DNA from: a virus
Virus record (IMG/VR): IMGVR_UViG_3300028829_004140
Coordinates: 8,742-72,741 of that record
Strand: one strand, 5' to 3'
DNA: 64,000 nucleotides
Notes under the pieces: generated by a model
What the model was told of the DNA's origin: nothing
Seen by the model: only the letters and a program-made list of their open reading frames with translations
Databases searched by the model: none
Translations under genes and position numbers: made by a program
Shown: positions 46,268 to 55,482 of the stretch, piece after piece
Layout of the letters: each line of letters opens with the position of its first letter
Numbering within the stretch: position 1 is the first letter of the stretch

Positions 46268-46981
46268 CTAGTTATATACTATAAACTTTTTTGGAGTATA
46301 GTACAAGTTAAAATCTGGATGATTAACTATTTCCCTACAGAAAGTCCCATCTTCTCCTAGTGGCATATTCTCTTTATACTTGAAATGTTGTGCAGAGGAT
46401 GCTCTGATAGAAATAGGTCCGTGTGCAACGGGCTGCTTGTTTTTAGTCATTACATTTGTTCTAGGGATGTTAAACCATCCTTCTGGAACAGGGTCTGGAT
46501 TTGGTTCTACCAATATTATAGGCTCCACGTTTAAAACATCCTTATCGTTAACCGACTCCCAGATAGGAAACAATTCTCCCCGACTATAGTTATGAACAAG
46601 TGCATCCACATCGGGATTCACGAAAACCTTTTTGACAAATTCGCATTTTTTAGGATGAATATCGTCGTCAACATCGCAAAAAGAAATAACCTCATCATCG
46701 TCCCGGTTGTGAGAAGTGAGGATGTAGGAAAATGAACCTTTGTTTCTAGCCCATCCCGGAAGCTTTCTTGTTGGCGAGGTCGTGATACTATATTCATCAA
46801 ACCATCTACCTAGTCTTTGGCACAGTGCGTGGGCAACTTCGGTTCTATCTAATAATCCGCTTCCCACAAAGGTTACTTTTTCAGGTTGCATACTTTGAGC
46901 GGCAATAAAATTAACACATCTCTCTAATAAGTGCCAATCTTTATCACAAAATGTTATGCAAAAATTTGATTTTATAGTCAT
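46268..46981 (-). CDS. GT2-like glycosyltransferase
   Basis: L.RC...I..Q...P, PGWARNKG, SFCDVDD.IHP and GED..F motifs. Confidence 0.7.
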   Translation of the reverse strand: MTIKSNFCITFCDKDWHLLERCVNFIAAQSMQPEKVTFVGSGLLDRTEVAHALCQRLGRWFDEYSITTSPTRKLPGWARNKGSFSYILTSHNRDDDEVISFCDVDDDIHPKKCEFVKKVFVNPDVDALVHNYSRGELFPIWESVNDKDVLNVEPIILVEPNPDPVPEGWFNIPRTNVMTKNKQPVAHGPISIRASSAQHFKYKENMPLGEDGTFCREIVNHPDFNLYYTPKKFIVYN

Positions 46982-46991
46982 TTACTGAAAT

Positions 46992-47210
46992 TCACTTTTT
47001 TAAAGAGATGAATTGATCTACGGCTTCATCTAAAGTTCTGAAAAGTTTGCTGTAATTATGACGCTTGCTATAGACTTGATACTTATTTTTTGGTACACGT
47101 AATGATGTAACCATCGTGTCCTGTAGGTTGCAAAGAGATACTCCTTTAAACTCAATAGAGCATCCATCATATATGATTTCTTTGTAAAGTAATTTTTGTG
47201 CGTTATTCAT
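46992..47210 (-). CDS. Small hypothetical protein
   Basis: Start MNNAQK overlaps the dnaE-N stop (ATGAATAA). Confidence 0.5.
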   Translation of the reverse strand: MNNAQKLLYKEIIYDGCSIEFKGVSLCNLQDTMVTSLRVPKNKYQVYSKRHNYSKLFRTLDEAVDQFISLKK

Positions 47211-48804
47211 TTTTGCATATCTCCATGATTTTTGATAATAAGTCAATTCCTAAAACGTCGAATTTAACGTGTCCCTGTTTTTCAAGGGGGTTCATTTCAA
47301 AAGCAACGATTGGATCACCGTTTTTATCAACCGTCATCGGACAAACGTCCGAAAGTTTATGTTTTGAAATAATTACACCAGCAGGATGTTTTCCTTGTGA
47401 TTTATTAGTTCCTTCGATATTTATAGCTTGGGTAAAGATGTCCTTCATAGGACCGTCTAATTTTCCATCTTCATTAATGTAACAGTAGTTTTTAAGTTTT
47501 TCTGGTTGGTGTTCCAAGGCCCATAGAATTACAGACTTGCTATCCATTAACTCTAGCTGATCGGAAATTAATTGCTCGTCAGGCAGAGCCGCTGTCATTT
47601 CGTTGATTTCGGCAAAACTAGAAGCTTCATTTACTCTACAAACCTCTTTTATTGCAGACCTTCCTTGTAGCCTGCCCATTGTAATCATTTGTGCAACATT
47701 TGATTCTCCATACTTTTCCTTGATGTACGAGATTACATCATCCCTATATTCTGCCGGAACATCCATATCAATATCAGGAATTGCCACATTATCTTCTGTA
47801 TTACGTCCTTCATTATAAAAACGCTCAAAGAGAAGATCAAACTCAACAGGATCAACGTCTGTGATTCCTAAAAGATATGATATCAAGCAACCAGCGGCAG
47901 ATCCTCGACCCGGACCAGCGAGCCAACCTTGTGATTTAACCCATCGAATAATATCCTGAACGATCAAAAAGTAACCAGAAAGCTGTGCTTTAAAAATAAC
48001 CTTTAGTTCGTGTTTGATTTGTTTCGTATAGCGATCCTTGTCTTCTTGGGTAGTAATCTTTTCTGTGCCTACAAGTCTTGATTTCCAGCCCTCTCTACAT
48101 AATTCTGTGAGATAATCATCCTCGCTGATTCCGTCAGGACATGGAAAGGTAGGGAATGATGGTTTATCAGCAAGGTCGTATTCTTCGCATTTATCCACAA
48201 TTCGCCAAATATCATTTTGACCCTCAGTAAAGCAAATCTTGGTAAATTCTTGGTTTTGGTTTTTTAGGTGAAACGTTCCATAGCTTTTATGAAGAGGATC
48301 GAAGAACTGCTCATAATCGTGTTCTAAGTTATTTACCTTCTTTAGTGTGGTTTTCATCTTGCCACATAACATGATTCTATGACACTCAGCGTCACTTTCA
48401 TCTACATAATAGATTGCCTGCGACTCATAATCAAGCTGTACATGATTGCTTTTAAAAAGGTTGGCAAATCCATTTTTTTCTGCGGTAACACAAAGTACAT
48501 TTCCTCGACTGGCAACATCTTTAAGAACATTGAGAGTCTGGTTTGATACATACTTTACAAGGTCGAACCATCCATCCTTATTTTTGGCGTAAAGAATATA
48601 GCCATCAAACTCGCATCCAATAATTGGCTTGATACCATTTTGCTTACATTCCTGTTGGAAATCTACGGCCCCGGAAAGCGTGCCAAAATCAGCTATTCCA
48701 CAAGCCGTATACCCATACTCCGCACAGCGTTTTGCTAATTTATCAGCCTTGCAAAACCCGTGCTGTAAAGAAAAGTGAGTTTTGCAGTTAACTGGGTTCC
48801 ACAT
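47203..48804 (-). CDS. dnaE: DNA polymerase III alpha subunit, N-terminal half (reduced PHP + catalytic palm)
   Basis: THFSL, IKPIIGCE, GPGRGSAAGCLISYLLGIT.VDP, LLFERF, PDIDMD, GKHPAGVII and KFDVLG motifs. Start placed at MWNPV, after GAGG. Confidence 0.93.
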   Translation of the reverse strand: MWNPVNCKTHFSLQHGFCKADKLAKRCAEYGYTACGIADFGTLSGAVDFQQECKQNGIKPIIGCEFDGYILYAKNKDGWFDLVKYVSNQTLNVLKDVASRGNVLCVTAEKNGFANLFKSNHVQLDYESQAIYYVDESDAECHRIMLCGKMKTTLKKVNNLEHDYEQFFDPLHKSYGTFHLKNQNQEFTKICFTEGQNDIWRIVDKCEEYDLADKPSFPTFPCPDGISEDDYLTELCREGWKSRLVGTEKITTQEDKDRYTKQIKHELKVIFKAQLSGYFLIVQDIIRWVKSQGWLAGPGRGSAAGCLISYLLGITDVDPVEFDLLFERFYNEGRNTEDNVAIPDIDMDVPAEYRDDVISYIKEKYGESNVAQMITMGRLQGRSAIKEVCRVNEASSFAEINEMTAALPDEQLISDQLELMDSKSVILWALEHQPEKLKNYCYINEDGKLDGPMKDIFTQAINIEGTNKSQGKHPAGVIISKHKLSDVCPMTVDKNGDPIVAFEMNPLEKQGHVKFDVLGIDLLSKIMEICKNE

Positions 48805-48845
48805 ATGTTCCTCAAATCTATTTCGCAAAGTTTAGTGTACGTCTT

Positions 48846-48874
48846 ATTATAGTATGAGAGTGCTGATTTGCCAA
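48846..48874 (-). promoter_or_regulatory. Sigma70-type promoter upstream of dnaE-N
   Basis: Minus strand reads TTGGCA-17 bp-TATAAT. Confidence 0.65.
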
Positions 48875-48904
48875 CTGGTTTTTTCATATTTTATTTAAAT
48901 CACC

Positions 48905-49000
48905 TCATCTCCAATGAACAGATTTAAGACCGCTATCCTTGAAAAAATGGTACAAACTAGCTGTGCCACACTTATTGAATCCTATTTGAAAAATCTTCAT
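48905..49000 (-). pseudogene. Truncated sulfotransferase remnant
   Basis: MKIFQIGFNKCGTASLYHFFKDSGLKSVHWR*, the N-terminal PAPS-binding loop only; coupled to the upstream stop. Confidence 0.6.
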
Positions 49001-50016
49001 CATCCCGGCGCCTCGTAATATCCTACACTATGACCTTTTTTAGTACACTCTTTAACAGTTGCGTCATGTCCTATGTCATAAAGCCTATCTTCTACATAAT
49101 TGCACATAGACTTATCTGTTCCGGGCCATTTTTCTTTGTAAAAGTGACATAACCTTGTACATTTAAAACTAGACCTGTTTTTTGAACATGGTCGAGGGTA
49201 GTTCGTTTTTCTTATGTCTTTGTATCTTTTTTCCAGCATTGTCAAAAATTTCTTTTGGTCACTTTTGTCAAAACACATGCTGAATGGACCGCCATCGCGA
49301 GTAAAAAATATACTCATAATTGCTTGTTTATACTGCGGATACAGCTTAGATATTGCATAATTATATAATAATAACTGAGGATCTTCTAAAAGTTTCTCGT
49401 ATGTTTTCTTTTCTCCAGTCGCCCAATTCTTTCTTTGTCCCGTTTTCCAATCTACAACTTCTATTATGTCGCTATCAATTTCTGTAACTAGGTCAATAGT
49501 TCCTTTAATTGCAAGCTGTCCTTGGGTTCCATCTTCGTATGTAAAATTAGCCCAGTCTTCTTCAATAACTATGTTGAACTGAGGCTCTGTGTCTACGATC
49601 TTTCTTTTACGGGGGTCGAACTGTCCGTCGTTAAATAACAAAGCCTCGTTGATTTGTTTGCTGCAAAATTTAATATCTGCCGGTGTGTAATTATGATGGT
49701 CGTTTGAAGAATACCATTCAAAGCTTCTGTCTAGTAGTTCCTTTACGAATTTTTTGGTTTTTAGTTTTGTTTCAGTAAAGTTTACCTCTCCAAGCGCATC
49801 ATCTACAATAGATCTTGGCGTTTTTTTATCTGCCGGATGGTCTTGAATATCTTTTGTGCAGGAGGCGAGGCACTCCATTACTTTGTGGACCATAGTTCCT
49901 AGTTGGGCCTTTTTTCCAGAAGGAGACTGGTAACCTAAGTTGTAGGTGATAAAATACTGCAATTCACAGTATTCGAAATTATTATAGCTTGAACTACGTA
50001 TATACTCTACAATCAT
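49000..50016 (-). CDS. PD-(D/E)xK exonuclease, RecB/AddB/Cas4-like
   Basis: SSS...F..C, GTMVHKVME, KGTIDLV, VVDWKTG, QLLLY and a C-terminal Cys cluster. Confidence 0.85.
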   Translation of the reverse strand: MIVEYIRSSSYNNFEYCELQYFITYNLGYQSPSGKKAQLGTMVHKVMECLASCTKDIQDHPADKKTPRSIVDDALGEVNFTETKLKTKKFVKELLDRSFEWYSSNDHHNYTPADIKFCSKQINEALLFNDGQFDPRKRKIVDTEPQFNIVIEEDWANFTYEDGTQGQLAIKGTIDLVTEIDSDIIEVVDWKTGQRKNWATGEKKTYEKLLEDPQLLLYNYAISKLYPQYKQAIMSIFFTRDGGPFSMCFDKSDQKKFLTMLEKRYKDIRKTNYPRPCSKNRSSFKCTRLCHFYKEKWPGTDKSMCNYVEDRLYDIGHDATVKECTKKGHSVGYYEAPG

Positions 50017-50957
50017 TGATTGGCCTTTATTGTATGAACAGTTTTTTTACCATTGGTGACAGTAGCGGCTCCTAACCATCCCCAGTCATTAAGCGTTTTG
50101 ATTATTTCTTTACAAACTTCATGAATTTCCATATTTTTATTATCAATTAAACAATCCACAAAATCCCAGTTTTCTTTAATCTCTTTTTCGCTAGAGTGAG
50201 TATCTCCGTAGATATCTCTTGTGTGTCCTATTACTTTACCTCCGACCTCTTGGATAGCCAAGATTTCATTTTTGAAACGACAGTCGTCAATCACCGCTAA
50301 CAATGGACGTTCTTCTTCGATATCTTTTAACGTTCTTTTTATCCAAACGGGTTCCCAGATTTTACGCATAACGTCTGTGCCAAAGAATTGCATAAATTCA
50401 CGGGCGGTCATTGGGCCTGCGGCGTGATATGTTAAATTGATTCTAGCAAGGTCTTTTTGCATTTCCTCATTGCCATATTCACTATCACTAGGAAACCAAT
50501 CGCACAACAAATTGCCCCATTCTTCTTCAAGAATCTCCTTAGTAGCAATTCCCGGCATGTTTTCCCATCTTAGGTGAGGAACAATCTGGTCTTTATAAGC
50601 ATTGCTGCCATAACACTGCTCGTAAGTAAGTCCGAACAAAGACATACAGATACTCTTCAAAGAATCTGCAAAGGAATACTTTTTAACAAAGGGCCACATA
50701 TTATACATAGCCCATTCAACAAATTCAGGATCTCGCCTAGAGATATCCATAAAGGTGTCACCCTGTTCAATTTTACCACCACTATCTACAATCTCTGTGT
50801 TAACAATCAACCTACCAGTATCTGGAGCTATTCCAAAGTTTTGGATAACTTCTTGGGCGCGTAACTGATACCCGTGAAGGAAGTTACATGCGGTAGTTTT
50901 TCCTGACTGTTTCGATCCAGCAAAGGCAAGTATTCTAGTTTCTGATTGATTATTCAT
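50013..50957 (-). CDS. Deoxynucleoside monophosphate kinase
   Basis: AGSKQSGKTT, SFADSLK, TAREFMQFFGTDVMR, IDDCRFKNE and HSSE motifs. Confidence 0.85.
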   Translation of the reverse strand: MNNQSETRILAFAGSKQSGKTTACNFLHGYQLRAQEVIQNFGIAPDTGRLIVNTEIVDSGGKIEQGDTFMDISRRDPEFVEWAMYNMWPFVKKYSFADSLKSICMSLFGLTYEQCYGSNAYKDQIVPHLRWENMPGIATKEILEEEWGNLLCDWFPSDSEYGNEEMQKDLARINLTYHAAGPMTAREFMQFFGTDVMRKIWEPVWIKRTLKDIEEERPLLAVIDDCRFKNEILAIQEVGGKVIGHTRDIYGDTHSSEKEIKENWDFVDCLIDNKNMEIHEVCKEIIKTLNDWGWLGAATVTNGKKTVHTIKANQ

Positions 50958-52062
50958 TACTTTTCCTTGTAAACGGTAGATAGGGTATAATTTCTTTTTT
51001 AATGTCTTCGCTTGTCATTTGTCCCAAGTCGCGCTGCTTTATTGGGATATCCTTACTGTCAAACCAGCTATCTAATTCTGGCCTGAAGTAATTGAATCTC
51101 CTACCACATTTTTTAATTATGGAATCAGCAGACTTCTTTCCAGCTTCATCGTAATCTGTTAGTATGACAACATTAAGCGCTCCTGACGATTCTAGCAGTA
51201 TTAATTGATCTTCACTTAGTGATGTTCCAAATATTCCTACTGTCATGTCTAAACCAGACTCAAATGCTCGCCAAACATCACCTTGACCTTCTACCAAAAT
51301 AACTGTTTTAGTTTCAAGTATATTGCTTTTGGCGTAATTTAGTCCATAAAGAATATTCTTAGTGAATCCTTTGCTATGTAGCCATTTTGGCTGTAGATGT
51401 TCTTTAATGGCTCTACCAACACATCCTACATAGTTATTATCTTCATCATATAAGGGTACAACAACTCTTCCTGACATTGGCTGATTTTCAACAGTGCATT
51501 CTCCAATATCAAATTTTTCTAATATATCTACGCTGTGCCCTCTTCCTACAAAATATTGCGAAGGAATATTTAGTTTGTTTCTAATTGAAGACCTCGTAAA
51601 TTGAGACTCCTTCCTTGCAATCTTCCTGTTAAACACGTCTACTGTTCGACTACTTCTGTCAACAAAGCTAGACTCTATTTCTTCTATGTCAGTGTCTAAA
51701 AACCAACAAATAAAAGAAGCGGTTTCAAGCATAGAAATATCTTTGTTTCTATGTCGCTTCAAACATCCCCGAACAAAACCAAAAAGGTTTCCGATATGTT
51801 CTTCCTCGCAGTGATTTGTCCAGCAAGACCAGTTTCCAGTGTTTGATTCGCCGTCAGTAAATATACAGCAACCTTCTGGATTGTCACCTCCATGAATAGG
51901 GCAAGCAAAGGCCAATCTATTTGGAAACTCTACCCAGTTTACGCCGAAATAATCTAATAACTGTTTTGATTTTGGAAGCAGGGCTTCACAGAGTGACGAT
52001 ATTTTCTTCTTCGTCAAATTCTTCGGTTTCAAAACCCTGTTCTCTTGTTCTCGAATTATCAT
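50950..52062 (-). CDS. dnaG: DNA primase (Zn-binding + TOPRIM)
   Basis: CPIHGGDNP...C...C, RVVVPL, GR, LYG, ILVEGQGDV and LTDYDEAG motifs. The true start may be slightly downstream. Confidence 0.88.
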   Translation of the reverse strand: MIIREQENRVLKPKNLTKKKISSLCEALLPKSKQLLDYFGVNWVEFPNRLAFACPIHGGDNPEGCCIFTDGESNTGNWSCWTNHCEEEHIGNLFGFVRGCLKRHRNKDISMLETASFICWFLDTDIEEIESSFVDRSSRTVDVFNRKIARKESQFTRSSIRNKLNIPSQYFVGRGHSVDILEKFDIGECTVENQPMSGRVVVPLYDEDNNYVGCVGRAIKEHLQPKWLHSKGFTKNILYGLNYAKSNILETKTVILVEGQGDVWRAFESGLDMTVGIFGTSLSEDQLILLESSGALNVVILTDYDEAGKKSADSIIKKCGRRFNYFRPELDSWFDSKDIPIKQRDLGQMTSEDIKKEIIPYLPFTRKSNE

Positions 52063-53446
52063 GTATCTCGTTCCTAGTTAAACCCTGCTGGATTCTTCCA
52101 AACTTACCGAACATTTTCATACTAATATAATCTCCATCATCTAGTCCCTCTCCATGTCTAGCAACGACAGGTACAATCTTTCTGTCTCCATTCTCAGGAC
52201 CATCCTCCGCTTTTTCTTCGTCTGATTTTAATTTAAAGATTGAAAAACTAGTACAGAGCCATACAAGCCTGTCAGAACCAGAAACAACGTCCGTAGTTTC
52301 TTTTGTAATTCCATCCCTGTTGAGTTGAACAAACGCCAAACACGCAACATCATATTTAACCACAAAGTTGTGCAGTTTGGTAATTTGAAAACCGAGAACC
52401 TGATACTCTTGCATTGCAGCGTTAATACCCTCTGAACCCATTAGTTTCAGATAGTCATAAACAATAACACAATCTTTTGTTCTACCAGACTCATCGAATC
52501 CTACATGCTGGTAAATCCATTTTCTCATTTGAGAAATAATGTTTTCGAAAGACTCTCCTGCAATACTGATGTAGTGATATGGAATTTCTTTTAGTCTTTG
52601 CGCCGCATTTTGAACCTTTTCTTTTTCTATTTCACTTTCGCTAAAACGACCAGTAGAAATTCTGTTGATTTCTACACCAGACTCATCAGCCAACATTCTG
52701 TTGTAGTGATCTTCTTTAGACATTTCTGTGTCTAAAACTAAAACTGGAACATTAACTTCAGATGCTACGTATTTCGCTACAGCGTCACCAAGCATAGACT
52801 TGCCGACCTTGGGCCTAGCAGCAACTAGATCAACGCATTTTCTACGCAAGCCACCGCCGATAGCAGCATCTAACGCAGGGAAGCCTGTAGGTATGCCTAC
52901 GAAGTCGGACACGTTATCAGATAAGAAATCTAAATAATCCTCTATGCCATCTCCAAGCAGTTCGGTTTTCTTACTAGAAGATTTGTATATGTCACCAGTC
53001 GCATCTAGAAGAGGCTCTTCAATCTTGGACACAATGTCCATTATATCCTCTTCCCCACTTACCTTGCCCAGCTCTTTTTCACAAGCTTTTAGTGTTTGAG
53101 ACAAGTCTCTAGCAAGTTTTAGTTTCGCTATTTTCGCTGCGTATGATCCTACGTTTTGTTTTGTTATTGGGAAATTAAACAAAGAACGTACAAAGGATAT
53201 CTCATCCTTAGAGTTCATCTGCTCAGATACGCCTAAATCATTCGCAGCAGATAAAATTGAAGATAATTCTACCTGAGTATTTTCAGAAATTGATTTGTAT
53301 ATGCAATCGAATAATAGCTGATTCATAGGATCTGTAAAAGATCTTGATTCTATGAAATCAACTTCTAGATAAGCATCTAAACCATATTGGCAAAGTGCAG
53401 CTAATACAGCTCTTTCTGATGCTAAGTCGCTCAATTTTTTATTCAT
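51986..53446 (-). CDS. dnaB: Replicative DNA helicase
   Basis: SERAVL, GIPTGF..LD..IGGG, AARPKVGKS, LDTEM, VYDYLKLM and QLNR motifs. Confidence 0.93.
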   Translation of the reverse strand: MNKKLSDLASERAVLAALCQYGLDAYLEVDFIESRSFTDPMNQLLFDCIYKSISENTQVELSSILSAANDLGVSEQMNSKDEISFVRSLFNFPITKQNVGSYAAKIAKLKLARDLSQTLKACEKELGKVSGEEDIMDIVSKIEEPLLDATGDIYKSSSKKTELLGDGIEDYLDFLSDNVSDFVGIPTGFPALDAAIGGGLRRKCVDLVAARPKVGKSMLGDAVAKYVASEVNVPVLVLDTEMSKEDHYNRMLADESGVEINRISTGRFSESEIEKEKVQNAAQRLKEIPYHYISIAGESFENIISQMRKWIYQHVGFDESGRTKDCVIVYDYLKLMGSEGINAAMQEYQVLGFQITKLHNFVVKYDVACLAFVQLNRDGITKETTDVVSGSDRLVWLCTSFSIFKLKSDEEKAEDGPENGDRKIVPVVARHGEGLDDGDYISMKMFGKFGRIQQGLTRNEIHDNSRTREQGFETEEFDEEENIVTL

Positions 53447-53452
53447 AAGTTT

Positions 53453-53878
53453 TTATCGTCGTAAGCATGAATCGCAAGTAAAAAAATCCCTGACGAAAGA
53501 CGGATTAACACTCACTACTTTACTACACCTTTGGCAAGTTTGGTCAACCTTTTTGAATGTTGGTCTTCGTCTTTCAGTTAATTCTACATTTGGCGTGATA
53601 TTATGCTCATCCTTATGTTCACCTTTGTCTACATAGAGGTTCGTTCTTTTTTTTACCTCCACAGGTTGTCGCATTTTACTTTCCGACTTCATGGAAAACT
53701 CTGGAAATTTATTATCTAATTCCGCTTCGTTTTTAGTGACTTCTTTATTGATTTTTTCTTGACTATTTTTTATAGATTGAGAGTCAATCAAGTCCGTAGC
53801 CAAATCTAATAGCTCCATATCGCCAGTTTCTTTAGCTTTCTTAATTAGTTTTTTTATCTTTACACTTAGATCGCTCAT
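53453..53878 (-). CDS. Hypothetical protein with a C-terminal zinc ribbon
   Basis: CQRC ... CDSC. Confidence 0.55.
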   Translation of the reverse strand: MSDLSVKIKKLIKKAKETGDMELLDLATDLIDSQSIKNSQEKINKEVTKNEAELDNKFPEFSMKSESKMRQPVEVKKRTNLYVDKGEHKDEHNITPNVELTERRRPTFKKVDQTCQRCSKVVSVNPSFVRDFFTCDSCLRR

Positions 53879-54336
53879 TATTTTCTCCTAGCCATATTGT
53901 TTAGAGTGTCTGCCATCTTGATAATTCTTTCCTGTTTTCCTTCTAGCATTTGAACCCTAGCATGTGCATGGTTTTTAACCTTTAAAATCTTTGTAGCTAG
54001 TGGATTTTCTTTCACAGCAGAATAATACTTCTTTTCCCATTTTGTAAACCCATCACCGTATTGGTCCAGTGTACTACCTATTATAAACCAAATAGAACCT
54101 TCTGCCCAATCAAAAACAATTTTTTCTTTAGCTTTTACCCCAGCCAAGTATTCTGAGTATGCGTAGAGCCTAAAAGAGTTGATGTAACACGTTTCCTGAC
54201 TCCATGACTGCATTTCTTCAAAAGAAGCATTGATTACCGTCTCTATCTCTTTAGGAGGGTCTACTCTAGCAAGAAACTTGGAACTAACCCATTCCTCGAT
54301 AGTGTTGACAAACTCGGTACTTCTATCCTCTTTCAT
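53878..54336 (-). CDS. Hypothetical helical protein (possible recombination mediator)
   Basis: All-helical ORF between recA and dnaB; function inferred only from context. Confidence 0.35.
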   Translation of the reverse strand: MKEDRSTEFVNTIEEWVSSKFLARVDPPKEIETVINASFEEMQSWSQETCYINSFRLYAYSEYLAGVKAKEKIVFDWAEGSIWFIIGSTLDQYGDGFTKWEKKYYSAVKENPLATKILKVKNHAHARVQMLEGKQERIIKMADTLNNMARRK

Positions 54337-55108
54337 ACGATGCCTTTTTGTTAAACGTTTTTTCGTATAGTTCGATATCCTTACTCAAAAGGTTGGTAGC
54401 CCTAGCTAAAATTTCCGGGTTGTTCCACAGGTATACCGATTTGTTTTTTGGTTGAGTATTTGTTTTTGGAAAATTGTTGACCTCGATATCGAAGCGTGAC
54501 ATAATCTTTCTAAAATCTCTTTCTAGGTTGTCAAAGTCTCCAATGAAATCAACTTTGGAATTAAGCCAAAAGGATTGTAGACGGTCGGACTTTAATCCGT
54601 CTCTATTTTCTAGACAAAATATAAACTCAGCAAATGCCAGATCTTGATCGGGATTATCTATAACTTTATTGTAAATTTTGTTCATCGGACTTGGTATGTG
54701 CTTTCTATGCCAGAACAAGGACGTTAGCCAGTCGTAAGGATTCCTTAAAAAGGCAAAGTGCCAAAATTTTTTTTTTAAATGCTTTGTTCTTGGGTTTCCG
54801 TAGAGAATCTTTTTAGTTAAACTTACTTGGTTATGTGCCCCAAATCCGTTTCTAAGACCAGCGTGTTTAAACCACCACTTCATCCAATTATTGTGGTCAG
54901 GATTGCTCTCGCTCCAACCTACAAACATTTCTCCTTCTGTGTCCCTAGTAAGAGTACGAACCCCTCTCTGTCCTACAAAGTACACTTCTTGTCCCATGTT
55001 TTTTGCTATCCAGTTTCCGATGGATGTTCCACCGGTTTTTGGAATATGATGACAAACAAAACCTTTTGTCTTATGAGCCATTGTTACCATTTTAGTCTCT
55101 GTCTCCAC
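54323..55108 (-). CDS. Carbohydrate sulfotransferase (Sulfotransfer_2-like)
   Basis: HIPKTGGTSI (5'-PSB), FAFLRNPYDWLTS (3'-PB), Q..W and DFIG.F.NL..DF motifs. Confidence 0.85.
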   Translation of the reverse strand: METETKMVTMAHKTKGFVCHHIPKTGGTSIGNWIAKNMGQEVYFVGQRGVRTLTRDTEGEMFVGWSESNPDHNNWMKWWFKHAGLRNGFGAHNQVSLTKKILYGNPRTKHLKKKFWHFAFLRNPYDWLTSLFWHRKHIPSPMNKIYNKVIDNPDQDLAFAEFIFCLENRDGLKSDRLQSFWLNSKVDFIGDFDNLERDFRKIMSRFDIEVNNFPKTNTQPKNKSVYLWNNPEILARATNLLSKDIELYEKTFNKKASYERG

Positions 55109-55482
55109 TGTTCGTCTGTTTCGTTAAAATTAAGCTCTATCAGGGTTAAGTCGTTTAACTTAAACCAATCCTGCTTGGTCCTATCTCTTGCTTGGGCACG
55201 ATAAAAATTAATCTTGTTTTTGTGGTAAAAATGAATGTATTTAAAGTGCTGCTCGCCATGAACTTCTACAAACATTTCCCTATTAGGAACAAATATGTCG
55301 CATCTAAGTTTGTTATTTTTAGTTGTAGCAGAGCCGGGAAGAGAAACCTCTTCTAAAATAACGTCAAAAGGAAACAACTCTTTAATAATTCCCACTGCCC
55401 GCTTGTGCAGCTTTGATCTTTTCCCTTTGTTCCCCTTTGGTTTCCAGTTATAGTCCTTTCCGTCAAGTCCTACTACTTTCAT
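55084..55482 (-). CDS. Small Vsr/DUF559-like endonuclease
   Basis: SKLH, ILEE, LRCDIFVP, VEVHGEQHF and RDR.K..W motifs. Confidence 0.7.
   Translation of the reverse strand: MKVVGLDGKDYNWKPKGNKGKRSKLHKRAVGIIKELFPFDVILEEVSLPGSATTKNNKLRCDIFVPNREMFVEVHGEQHFKYIHFYHKNKINFYRAQARDRTKQDWFKLNDLTLIELNFNETDEQWRQRLKW

Noticed and set aside
45400-47203. Split intein or group I intron joining the dnaE halves
   Set aside because: There are no intein terminal motifs, and the interval is filled with ordinary coupled genes rather than structured intron RNA or a homing endonuclease.
49000-50016. Cas4-like nuclease as evidence of a CRISPR-Cas system
   Set aside because: No repeat-spacer array or other cas gene was seen. 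Stand-alone RecB/Cas4-like nucleases are common in phage replication modules.
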